DNA from: a virus
Taxonomy: Duplodnaviria; Caudoviricetes
IMG/VR virus record: IMGVR_UViG_3300025924_000017
Span: 128,001-192,000 of that record
Length of the DNA: 64,000 nucleotides
Direction: 5' to 3' (one strand)
Each line of letters begins with the position of its first letter. Positions within the stretch are counted from its first letter, which is position 1. Position numbers and translations under genes: made by a program. Below the pieces are notes generated by a model that was not told the origin of the DNA, made no database searches, and was given only the letters and a program-made list of their open reading frames with translations. Below, piece after piece: positions 27,602 through 36,204 of the stretch.

Positions 27602-28057
27602 ATGAGCTACGACATCTGCTCCTCTGGCGGCTATCCGGGGAGAGTGGTCTCCAATTTCGCGAACAACGAGTTCACCTTCGACGGCGTGTACTGCGCTTCG
27701 ATGGAAGGCCTGCTTCAGGCCTTCAAGTTCGCCCGCGTCGAACATCAGACAGAACTCTGCGCTCTGATAGGGCTCGACGCCAAGTTCCGGGGGCTCGCCG
27801 GAAACGGTTGGCGCAAGCACCAGACGCTCCATTGGGCTGGAGTGAAATACGACCGGCACAGTCCAGAATATCAAAAGCTGCTCGACCGCGCTTACCGCGC
27901 TTTGAGTAAAAATAATGAATTCAGGATTGCCTTGCTGGACACCGGGAACAAAATTCTGACCCACCGCGTTGGCTCTACGGACCCATATTACACCGTGATC
28001 ACTCGGGACGAATTTACTGGGCGATTGATGGGAATTCGCGACAGACTTCGTGGGTAG
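27602..28057 (+). CDS. NADAR family protein, T4 gp30.3-like
   Basis: SNFANNEFTFDGVYCASMEGLLQAFK...TLHWAG...R.S..YQ.L...AY...N..FR.ALL.TG...LTH. Confidence 0.8.
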   Translation: MSYDICSSGGYPGRVVSNFANNEFTFDGVYCASMEGLLQAFKFARVEHQTELCALIGLDAKFRGLAGNGWRKHQTLHWAGVKYDRHSPEYQKLLDRAYRALSKNNEFRIALLDTGNKILTHRVGSTDPYYTVITRDEFTGRLMGIRDRLRG

Positions 28058-28067
28058 GGGAGACAAC

Positions 28068-28445
28068 ATGAGGAAAATTGCCGTCATCGGTGACGATATT
28101 GCCCTCGGGGTGGCAGCTTTCATGCCGGGCTGTGACGTGAATGCCAAACCCCGGTTCCAGTCCGGCGACGTCGCGGGTTGCGTCATGGATGCCCGGATTC
28201 TTGTGGTTTCGGCGGGGACGAACGATCCCTACAACCCCCGTCTGGCGGACAATTTGAAGTCGATCCGCCAAAAGGCGACTGGACGCGTGCTGTGGATCAT
28301 CCCCGCCAACGGCGCGCGTCCGGTTGTCGAAAGAGTTGCCGCCCAGTACGGAGACCGGACTGTGCGGTTTAGCGCGAGCGAGAGCGGGCATCCGCAGTCT
28401 TTCCCCCGCCTCGCCGCGAGCGTCCTTGCGGAAGTCCGCACGTGA
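28068..28445 (+). CDS. SGNH/GDSL-like protein
   Basis: IAVIGDDIALG, SAGTND, C-terminal GHP. Confidence 0.55.
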   Translation: MRKIAVIGDDIALGVAAFMPGCDVNAKPRFQSGDVAGCVMDARILVVSAGTNDPYNPRLADNLKSIRQKATGRVLWIIPANGARPVVERVAAQYGDRTVRFSASESGHPQSFPRLAASVLAEVRT

Positions 28446-28687
28446 GCGCTGTGGGCGAGGACGATCCCATCGACGAAGGCGACTGGCACGAAGACTTCCC
28501 CGAAGGCGCCGAAGCTCTCTGGGACGTGGTCGCCAAAGCGTTGATGCTCCGCATCAACGAAGGCATCCTCACCTTCACAGAGGCCGAACTGAAGCTCGCG
28601 GCGCATACCCAGATGCAGATGCGGGTCGATCCCATTACCGGCGATCTGGAATTCTTCGTCAAACGCTCGGCGAGTTCGGAAAACTGA
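28442..28687 (+). CDS. Acidic hypothetical protein
   Basis: 81 aa coupled ORF. Confidence 0.55.
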   Translation: MSAVGEDDPIDEGDWHEDFPEGAEALWDVVAKALMLRINEGILTFTEAELKLAAHTQMQMRVDPITGDLEFFVKRSASSEN

Positions 28688-28884
28688 TGGAGCCCGAAGA
28701 AGAAGAGTTTTCCTCGGTCATCCACGTCTATCCTGTGGGCGATTTCCGGACGCACAGTTGCAGTCTCTCGGAACCGTGCTGGTGCGGGCCTGAGATAGAT
28801 GAAGACCATAATGGCACCTTGGTCGTCCATAAGAGCCTCGACGGCCGAGAAAAATACGAAACCGGCGAACGGGTTGTGTCGTAG
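28687..28884 (+). CDS. Small Cys/His hypothetical protein
   Basis: H.YP..D...H......CWC.P......LVVH.SLDGRE. Confidence 0.55.
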   Translation: MEPEEEEFSSVIHVYPVGDFRTHSCSLSEPCWCGPEIDEDHNGTLVVHKSLDGREKYETGERVVS

Positions 28885-28914
28885 CTGTTGACACGACTGT
28901 CGTGGTTTGCGACA
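28877..28914. promoter_or_regulatory. Tandem palindromic operator sites over a TTGACA promoter
   Basis: TGTCG-N7-TGACA (28877-28893) and TGTCG-N7-CGACA (28898-28914). Confidence 0.6.
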
Positions 28915-28921
28915 GTGCCTT

Positions 28922-29377
28922 ATGGTTTCGACTTCAATCATCCCCGCGATCACACTCTGGCAGCCGTGGGCAACGCTCATCGCGATCAAGGCCAAGCCTT
29001 GGGAGACCCGAGGAAAACCTCCGCCGAAGAAATTGATCGGCCAACGCATCGCGATCCACGCCGCCGCCCGCAAGATGCGCGCGAGCGATTACGACGACGA
29101 CACATTTGCAGCTATGACGGAGGTCTTGGAAGAAGACTGGCCGCATTGGTTCCATGAACTGCCGCTCGGCGTGGTGGTCTGCACCGCGATCCTGAGCGAA
29201 GCGCGCCCGGTCGAAGCCGTCTATCCGAAAGACCTGTTCGGCGATTACCGGCCCGGACGTTGGGCGTGGAAGCTCGACGACGTGGTTCCCATCGATCCCG
29301 TACCCGCGAAGGGTCAACAGTTGTGGGGATGGCCTTGGAAAGTGCCGCCCGGAATCCAGACCGAAGGAAAAATTTGA
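28922..29377 (+). CDS. ASCH domain protein
   Basis: AITLWQPWATLIA...K.WETR...IAIHAA...W.L......P.PAKG.Q.LW. Confidence 0.8.
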   Translation: MVSTSIIPAITLWQPWATLIAIKAKPWETRGKPPPKKLIGQRIAIHAAARKMRASDYDDDTFAAMTEVLEEDWPHWFHELPLGVVVCTAILSEARPVEAVYPKDLFGDYRPGRWAWKLDDVVPIDPVPAKGQQLWGWPWKVPPGIQTEGKI

Positions 29378-29586
29378 TGCCAATTCTTTTTCTCGTGATA
29401 GCGCTCATCGGCGCGGCAGCAGGCTGTATACTGGACGGTCTGTGGTGGAGCGGTGCGCTGCTCATCAACGCTGCGCTCCCGACACCTGATCAGGCGATGG
29501 CTCTGATTATCTTCTGCCCCTGTTTGGCGGTTGTCGCTGTGGCGCTGTGGATCGGCTTCTGCTTCATCGTGGACGCGGTGTTTTGA
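29377..29586 (+). CDS. Small membrane protein
   Basis: Two TM helices. Confidence 0.55.
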   Translation: MPILFLVIALIGAAAGCILDGLWWSGALLINAALPTPDQAMALIIFCPCLAVVAVALWIGFCFIVDAVF

Positions 29587-30122
29587 ATCGCGTCTTCACT
29601 TTCGAGTATACCGATCCGGATGAGGTTCTTCGGGTAGTTTGTCCGCAACCCAAGCAGGTCACCGGCGAGATCGTCGGCTCCTACTACGATCACGTGACGC
29701 ATCAACCGTGGCTGCTCGTGTACGTCTCCGGCAACGCCCGGCTTCAGCATATCCCCTCGCACGCCGATATCGTCCCGACGATGGAAACACAGGCCGACCG
29801 GTATGACCGCACGCAACTGCGTCATCTCGTCGATGTCGTTTGGAACGAAGCGCACGAGGATGAATCGGTGCCGGACACCGAGTGGGCCGACCGTATGATC
29901 GACTATGCGATGGGTCGGCGCACGCAGGTTGCAAAGACATCAAGCGAGCAGGAAGCAGCGAAGCAGCACGCGGACGAAGTTAACGGACGTACGCACCCGT
30001 GTGCGCACCCGAATCGCGGGCTTGAACCTTGCCTGCTCATGAACGTGGCGCCCTATGGTTCGTCACGCCCGGTGCTGGTGTGTGCGACAATGGACTGCCC
30101 TAAGATGCCAAGAGCGCTCTGA
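29583..30122 (+). CDS. Hypothetical protein
   Basis: TTG start overlapping the upstream stop. Confidence 0.55.
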   Translation: MNRVFTFEYTDPDEVLRVVCPQPKQVTGEIVGSYYDHVTHQPWLLVYVSGNARLQHIPSHADIVPTMETQADRYDRTQLRHLVDVVWNEAHEDESVPDTEWADRMIDYAMGRRTQVAKTSSEQEAAKQHADEVNGRTHPCAHPNRGLEPCLLMNVAPYGSSRPVLVCATMDCPKMPRAL

Positions 30123-30415
30123 TGGTTATGTTCAAATCGCTCACCTCATTCGTCGTCTTGGTGGCAATCTGCTGGTACGTGTTCGGCAGTCATGGCTATC
30201 GCAAAGGATGGATCGACGCGGCTTCACGCGACCCACAGGTCATCACCAAGATCGTGGCATGGGGCGTGGATAAGGGCGTCGTTCACCGACTCTGGCATAC
30301 CGAAAACGTGGAGAGCTTGTCGGCGTGCTTGACCATGAACCGCTATTTCACGGTCGGAGGCGTTAGAGGCGTCGTCACCGTACAATGCATTCCGACTGAT
30401 CCGAAAGCATCCTGA
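30122..30415 (+). CDS. Membrane-anchored hypothetical protein
   Basis: N-terminal TM helix. Confidence 0.55.
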   Translation: MVMFKSLTSFVVLVAICWYVFGSHGYRKGWIDAASRDPQVITKIVAWGVDKGVVHRLWHTENVESLSACLTMNRYFTVGGVRGVVTVQCIPTDPKAS

Positions 30416-30669
30416 TGGAAGATTATTCAATTCCTCCGAATGAGAGGTATCGCGTAAAAGCTCCCGGGCGCCCCACCATCGAAGAAGCCGACGCGCTCAG
30501 CGATGCCATCATCCAAGCCGTCATCACATTGAACCGTGTGGTGGATGAAGCTATCGGCCGTGGTTTGAAGGTCAAGCTGGACACGCTTAGCCGACAGAGC
30601 CCGAAGGGTGAGTACCCGGTTTTGCAGGTCGAGTTGTCGCTGCCGACCGGAACGGGACAACGCCGGTGA
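30415..30669 (+). CDS. Hypothetical protein
   Basis: 84 aa coupled ORF. Confidence 0.55.
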   Translation: MEDYSIPPNERYRVKAPGRPTIEEADALSDAIIQAVITLNRVVDEAIGRGLKVKLDTLSRQSPKGEYPVLQVELSLPTGTGQRR

Positions 30670-30953
30670 TTAACCCGAAGCTGCTCAATGTGGACTACGT
30701 GGAAGTCGAGCGCCGTATGCTCGCGCATACTCTCGAATATCTCACGGGAATTCAAAAAGCTGCCCACGATCTCATCCAAGACGTGAAGAGCCGCCATCCC
30801 GGCGAAGAATTGCATTGTCCGTTGATGCGCGCCCTCGACGAGGCGTTATACATCGAACGCGATTTCACCCGCTTGATCCACACCCCCACAGGACGCGCGC
30901 AGCCCGAACCTCCTCCCATGAAAGAGTTCCCGCGTCCAACACGACTCACCTGA
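30666..30953 (+). CDS. Hypothetical protein
   Basis: 95 aa coupled ORF. Confidence 0.5.
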   Translation: MINPKLLNVDYVEVERRMLAHTLEYLTGIQKAAHDLIQDVKSRHPGEELHCPLMRALDEALYIERDFTRLIHTPTGRAQPEPPPMKEFPRPTRLT

Positions 30954-30963
30954 AAGGATTTCT

Positions 30964-31140
30964 TTGCTCAAGATCATCTATTACCTCACCGGCGGTCGCC
31001 CCATGAAGTTCGTCGATGACCTTTTCATGGATGTGGTCACCGGATATTTTGTCGATCTCTACAAAGATCGGCGCGGTCGCTACTGGATGGCCCACGGCCC
31101 GTGGGCGCTGTGGCGGCTTCCACACGTTGGGTTGTCTTAG
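30964..31140 (+). CDS. Small hypothetical protein (58 aa, not in the ORF track)
   Basis: TTG start, MLKIIYYLTGGRPMKF... Confidence 0.5.
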   Translation: MLKIIYYLTGGRPMKFVDDLFMDVVTGYFVDLYKDRRGRYWMAHGPWALWRLPHVGLS

Positions 31141-31586
31141 CTATGGCTGAGAAACACGAGCCCAACACCAACGAACTCACCATCAGCGGTCTCACACTCA
31201 CCGCGTGGAAGGGCGTTCTGGAAATCGCCGGTAACACCTGCGTCGTCAACGGCGGCTCGAAGAAGAAGCCGTGCGATGCGTGCCTCGAAAATGCCGAGAA
31301 GCTGATGCGGTCGATGAAGACGATCCGCCCAGAGATGACCTGATGCCGGAGCCCGAATTCGTCCTAGTCGATCATCCCTGCATGGTCCCCGATAGCGATT
31401 TGCGTCACGTCGTTGCGGGGTTGCTCGAACATCTGAACCTGAGCGCCTATCGCCGCGAAGACACCAGCGGATACCCCGTCTACACATTCGAGAAAACAGA
31501 CACATGACATCAACCCAGCGCGTTGGCTTCGCGCTCATGATCCTCACTGCGCTCACCTTCATCATCTATATCGTGGCGACGGCGCC

Positions 31587-31856
31587 GTGAACAACGACCT
31601 CTACGTCCTGCGCAAATACGGCGCGTTTTATCGCCCTAACCGGTGCGGGTACACCATGCACATCGAGGCAGCCGGTCACTACACGAAGACGGAGGCCGAA
31701 GCCGAAGTTGCACTTGCGCGCTTCGATACCCAGCGCGTTACGATGCATCCTCTGTCCGATTATGCGCAGGAGTTGGCGCAGACCATCCAGCGGGCTGCCC
31801 GACTGATGCGCGTCATGGGCGCCGAAACCGAATTGATGAAGGCTGTGGAACCCTGA
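31587..31856 (+). CDS. Hypothetical protein
   Basis: YRPNRCGYT...AG.YT..EA conserved-looking motif. Confidence 0.6.
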   Translation: MNNDLYVLRKYGAFYRPNRCGYTMHIEAAGHYTKTEAEAEVALARFDTQRVTMHPLSDYAQELAQTIQRAARLMRVMGAETELMKAVEP

Positions 31857-31973
31857 TGGAAAAACACGTCTTCGCTGTGCATCCGAATTATCGGCGCACC
31901 GTAGCGATCAGCAACGGGGTGGTGTTGCTTGTTGTGCTGCTAGGTACCGTCGTCGCGGTGCTGTGGGGTTGAG

Positions 31974-32407
31974 ATGGTGAAGGGCCTTCCCAAACACGCG
32001 GACATCTTCGTGGTCTTCTGGGGACTCGCGTTCCTGATGGGCTGCACGAGTCTATTATTCTCGTGGGTGGCTCGGGCGACGACGACAATCCCCATCGAAT
32101 CCGAACTGGCTTGGATATGGTGGGTCCTTTGCGCGGTGGCCTCGCTTGAGTGCATCGCCTGCCTGATCGCGCCATTTCTTCTCCGCAGAATGCTGCCGGA
32201 GGGTGCATGACGAAAGACCGTGATCACTATCATTACTTCTCGTCGAAAAACAACGGCACATGGGTCTGGACACACTGTGCTTCCGGGATCGTCGGGCTCC
32301 TTCTGGTCGTCCTCACTGAAGGACCGGCGCAGATAATTGGTCTCGGATTGATTGCGGGCGTCACCCTCTCGTACGTGATCGTCCAAGTTCTGGAGCATTT
32401 CGACTGA
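31974..32407 (+). CDS. Two small membrane proteins (31974-32210 and 32207-32407)
   Basis: Hydrophobic two-TM ORFs, translationally coupled. Confidence 0.5.
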
Positions 32408-33143
32408 TGATCAGACTCGCTCCCCACGAGATCGCGCTGCATGCGGACGGACGCCTCGACTTCTGGCGGACGTTGTTTCGCTACTGGGCGCGGTTCATTC
32501 CGTTCTGGATCGTCGTCGGCTTCGGGCTCTGTCTTTGGGCGGCGTTTTCGCACCTGTGAGATATTACCACAAAACACCTGCCATCATACGTGCCGAGGCG
32601 TATGGGTGGAAATGGCGTCCTCGGAAGAAGAACGGCGGCTGGGTTGCTCCACTCCACTGGCCTCTTGAGGTGAAGCTCGTACGGAACCTCGCGGCCGTGC
32701 TGGTTCAGATCAACGCTTACCATGCCCATCTGGAGAACGAGAAATTCCTTGCTTGGGTGAACTCATGACCGAGCCAGCGAAGAAGAAAAAGCTCCCGCAT
32801 TGCCGGTTCTGTAGCGCCAAGAAGCCTGAGATCGTGACGACCGAGTTCGCAGACCGAAAGCGGTATCACGCCGAGTGCAAATGCGGCGCCCATGGCAAGT
32901 ATGCCGCGACCAAAGATGCCGCGCTGGCGAGTTGGAGTGATCCTTGGCAACACAAAGCATGAAGACGATGCAACGCACACTCTGTTATCGCTGCGAAGAA
33001 CAGGTAAAACTCAATAGGCTCAGGAGACTCCCGCGTCCAGCGGGCGGCCCTATGACACGTCGTTATTGCGCCGAGGAAGAAGGCAGGCTTCCCAAATGTA
33101 CGTGCGCGGCCGACGTGCGTCCTTCGAAATTCCCGGTGGCTGC

Positions 33144-33746
33144 GTGAACCCGATCCAGCACTGCATCAAAGCTTTCCTTTGGGTCCTCCTACGGTTCCTC
33201 TACCGGGTGCGCGTCCGCCACGCCGAGCGCATCCCCAGCACCGGCGCCGCGATCCTTGCGCCCAATCACATCGCCGCCATCGACGCCGGTCTGATCGCAG
33301 CGCATGTCTTCCGGCCCGTTCGCTATGCGACGTATTGGAAGATTTACGACCGGCTTTCATGGATCATGAAACCACTGGGCGCGTTTCCCATCGCGAGCAA
33401 GGAAGAAAACCCGGAGGTCTACAAACGCGCCTTCGAGATCATCGCCGAAACGCTCGACGAAGGCGGGCTGCTTTGCATCTTCCCCGAAGGGGCGCTTACG
33501 CTCGACGGCGAGATCGGCGAGTTCAAGAGCGGCATCCTCAAAATCCTCGACCGCAACCCGGTGCCGGTGATCCCCATCGGGCTGACAGGCCTGTGGGGCA
33601 CATACTTCTCGCGCAAGAAGCCCGGCATGTTCAAACTTCCCGACCGTTGGATGGCGAAAATCCAGATGATCGTCGGCGAGCCGATGAATCCGCTCACCGC
33701 CAACCAGTTGCGCGACCGTGTTGTGGCGCTGACGGAAGAAGCATGA
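33144..33746 (+). CDS. plsC: 1-acyl-sn-glycerol-3-phosphate acyltransferase-like protein (PlsC family)
   Basis: NHIAAID (HX4D catalytic motif), IFPEG, PVIPI. Confidence 0.85.
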   Translation: MNPIQHCIKAFLWVLLRFLYRVRVRHAERIPSTGAAILAPNHIAAIDAGLIAAHVFRPVRYATYWKIYDRLSWIMKPLGAFPIASKEENPEVYKRAFEIIAETLDEGGLLCIFPEGALTLDGEIGEFKSGILKILDRNPVPVIPIGLTGLWGTYFSRKKPGMFKLPDRWMAKIQMIVGEPMNPLTANQLRDRVVALTEEA

Positions 33747-34132
33747 CACCCGAAGAATTCTACGACGCCGTCGCCGCTATCTTCGACACGGTTCATCTTT
33801 ACGTCATCCCGCCGACGCCCGGCGCGAAGCGTCGATGGGGTCCTCGAACGCCCGGCAACGGTCGCTTCCCCGGTCACGGGATCGTGCGCTTCTTCTCACC
33901 AACTTCGATCCACGTCGTACTCCATGACCCGATCCTCTCCGGTGTTTTCAACGATCCGGAAATTGCGCTGAGGGAAATCCGCAAAGCCGAAGCGACTCGC
34001 AGAGTTCAGCACTGGTTCAATCGGACTGTGCCCGGCGAGGCTGACGTGAGACGCGTCTGGATCGATGGGTTCGAAATTTCTGAGACCGACTTAACTGAGG
34101 CCTTCTTTTCAACCGACCGGGAAGGAAACTGA
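33743..34132 (+). CDS. Hypothetical protein
   Basis: ATG overlapping the plsC stop. Confidence 0.55.
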   Translation: MTPEEFYDAVAAIFDTVHLYVIPPTPGAKRRWGPRTPGNGRFPGHGIVRFFSPTSIHVVLHDPILSGVFNDPEIALREIRKAEATRRVQHWFNRTVPGEADVRRVWIDGFEISETDLTEAFFSTDREGN

Positions 34133-34133
34133 C

Positions 34134-34409
34134 ATGACGGAACTACCCCTATCCTTTGAAGAGGCTCTTGAAGACGCCTTCGGGTTCGCCGCAGAAGATG
34201 CGCGAGAGAGCGGCGAACCAGCCACCGTCGTGTATTGTATGCGGTCGCGCACAGGTACTTGCGAAGAACCGCCAATTTCCCCGGGCTCGGGAGACAGACC
34301 GATTTCCAACGGCGCATGTCCGCACGGCGCTGACGGTACGTGCCCGTATCTCCGCAAGATCATCTACCACCCCAACGGCACAATCGAACACGTAGGAGGC
34401 TCCGCCTAA
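34134..34409 (+). CDS. Cys-containing hypothetical protein
   Basis: 91 aa ORF. Confidence 0.5.
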   Translation: MTELPLSFEEALEDAFGFAAEDARESGEPATVVYCMRSRTGTCEEPPISPGSGDRPISNGACPHGADGTCPYLRKIIYHPNGTIEHVGGSA

Positions 34410-34693
34410 TGGAAAACGAGAAAGTCGAATACATGGAAGACGACGAAGAAGACGTCGAAGAACGTTCAGTATACGACATCGCCAATGACCTTGAGAAATG
34501 GGCCAAGGGCGGTGGAACGCTTGCACTTGCCGGTCGGAGACGAGGCGCGATCTCCAACGCTCTCTACACATTGAGCGAAGGTAATAAGTTCGAGGAAGGC
34601 AGCGTCAGCGTCAACAGTGCATTGCTGATCCACAGCGTCATCGAGAAAATCTTGAAGAACGGCGGCGAGTTGCCGGACGAATTCAATCTGTAG
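34409..34693 (+). CDS. Acidic hypothetical protein
   Basis: MENEKVEY start coupled to the upstream stop. Confidence 0.55.
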   Translation: MENEKVEYMEDDEEDVEERSVYDIANDLEKWAKGGGTLALAGRRRGAISNALYTLSEGNKFEEGSVSVNSALLIHSVIEKILKNGGELPDEFNL

Positions 34694-35152
34694 ACATGGA
34701 AGACGAACATGCTGAAAGTCGCTGACAACAGCTTCGAACTCGCCTGCCGCGCCTATGCGGCCGGGGAGATCGATGTAGCCGAGTTGACGAGGCTCGCGCG
34801 CGAACGGGCGCAGCGGCGGATCGCCAATATGCAGGCTCGGCTTGAGGAACGGATGCGGGCGAAAGGGCTATCTGGCGACCGCAGGTAACGACCACCGCCG
34901 GGAGGCGGGTGGGAGTGGTGTCGTCGATCCGGACACAATGTCGTAGTTCTTGACAGACGATCCGGTTTCTGCTTCTATCCTCTCGTCCCCGCGCCGTCAC
35001 GCGCGGATTATCACCCCTCGGCGGACTGCCCACAAATTCTGGGGCGCCTGCGATGATCGCCGAGCAATTTGTTTCCTGCTGGACACGTTCGCCTGCGCAG
35101 CGACCCCAGCCGGTTTGTGTTTGATCGCGGCTTCGAATTGCGATCTCAGTCT

Positions 35153-35192
35153 GGAAGGCCCGAGGCGTTTTAGTTGCCGCCTCGGGCCTTCC
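35153..35192. terminator. Perfect 15 bp hairpin (terminator or processing site)
   Basis: GGAAGGCCCGAGGCG, 10 nt loop, CGCCTCGGGCCTTCC. Confidence 0.5.
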
Positions 35193-35219
35193 TATTTATG
35201 GAGGCTGCTGCCTTCACAT

Positions 35220-35294
35220 GGCGACATGCTCAGAGTGGTTATGGACCGGTCTGCAAAATCGGGTATGTGAGTTCGATCCTCACTGTCGCCTCCA
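35220..35294 (+). tRNA. tRNA-Cys(GCA)
   Basis: GGCGACA/TGTCGCC acceptor stem, CT-GCA-AA loop, TTCGATC T loop, encoded CCA. Confidence 0.9.
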
Positions 35295-35367
35295 AATTCA
35301 GATAGGGCACGTAGCGGCGGGATTACGAACCCCGGAATAGGGTGGGAGCGAGTCTCACATCTGCTGC

Positions 35368-35820
35368 GTGACCCTTCCAGTTGCACAACCCTTGACGGAA
35401 ATCGATTTCGCATACATCGCTGGTATGATCGACGGTGAGGGCACTATTACGCTCACACGTACCCATCCAAACCAGTTCCGGACACCCGTGCTCAGCCTTA
35501 GTAGTACGACGCCAGAATTGCTGCTTCCCGCACAAGAAGCGTTTGGCGGGCGCGTGCAGACCAAGAAAGCGTCTAAGGCACATCATGCGATCCCTTATGA
35601 ATGGAGATTGCGTGGTCATGCGGCCTTGCGAGCAATTGAGAGGCTGTTGCCATATCTAAGGCACCCGGAAAAAGCGAGGCGCGCTAAGCTACTCCTCGGC
35701 AACTATAACCGCGTGACGGTGCGCAACGGGAAATATACCGAAAGTCAACGCCACCAACGGCTGCTGTTCGAGAGCGAATTTCTTGGAGCGCCGGTGCAAA
35801 TATGTGTTGACAAAACATAA
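35368..35820 (+). mobile_element. Free-standing single-motif LAGLIDADG homing endonuclease gene
   Basis: FAYIAGMIDGEGTI motif; 150 aa; lies between tRNA-Cys and tmRNA. Confidence 0.85.
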
Positions 35821-35835
35821 TACTGCCGTTATACA
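35807..35835 (+). promoter_or_regulatory. Sigma70-like promoter of the tmRNA
   Basis: TTGACA-17 nt-TATACA overlapping the endonuclease stop codon. Confidence 0.7.
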
Positions 35836-35841
35836 CGACAA

Positions 35842-36198
35842 CATCGTTGTAACTCGGACTTCGAGGAGCACGGACCGGACTCGGGGGCAGTACCCGACCG
35901 CTCCACCAAAACCCCACCGGGGGTCTAACGCACGAACGGATCGGATAGACCCCGGCCCGTCTGACACAGTTCGGCCGCAATGCCGGATTGGGCGTCCCGG
36001 TGAGGTTTTGATGGGGCGGAAACAGGATCGACGGACGAGCGAGGCGCAGGGACGCAACGTGGATTGATCTCCAGTCCCTAACGGGATGCTCGATCAAAAA
36101 GACAGAAATGTCGCCAATGACAATGAGCCTGAGGCTCTGCGTTTCGCTGCCTAATAGGTAAGCGCGGTTGGGGAGAACCGGGCAACAGAATCTCCCCG
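35842..36198 (+). ncRNA. ssrA: Circularly permuted (two-piece) tmRNA; outer ends approximate
   Basis: Acceptor piece ends GGGGGCAGTACCC GA CCGCTCC A CCA (35908); coding piece starts GGGGCGGAAACAGGATCGAC (36013); tag (A)ANDNEPEALRFAA at 36113-36154; GGCAACAGAA 3' motif. Confidence 0.92.
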
Positions 36199-36204
36199 CT
36201 TAAT

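Noticed and set aside
35295-35374. HDV-like (theta) or twister ribozyme after tRNA-Cys
   Set aside because: The outer stem closes the whole element as a simple three-way junction; the nested double pseudoknot and twister consensus could not be built
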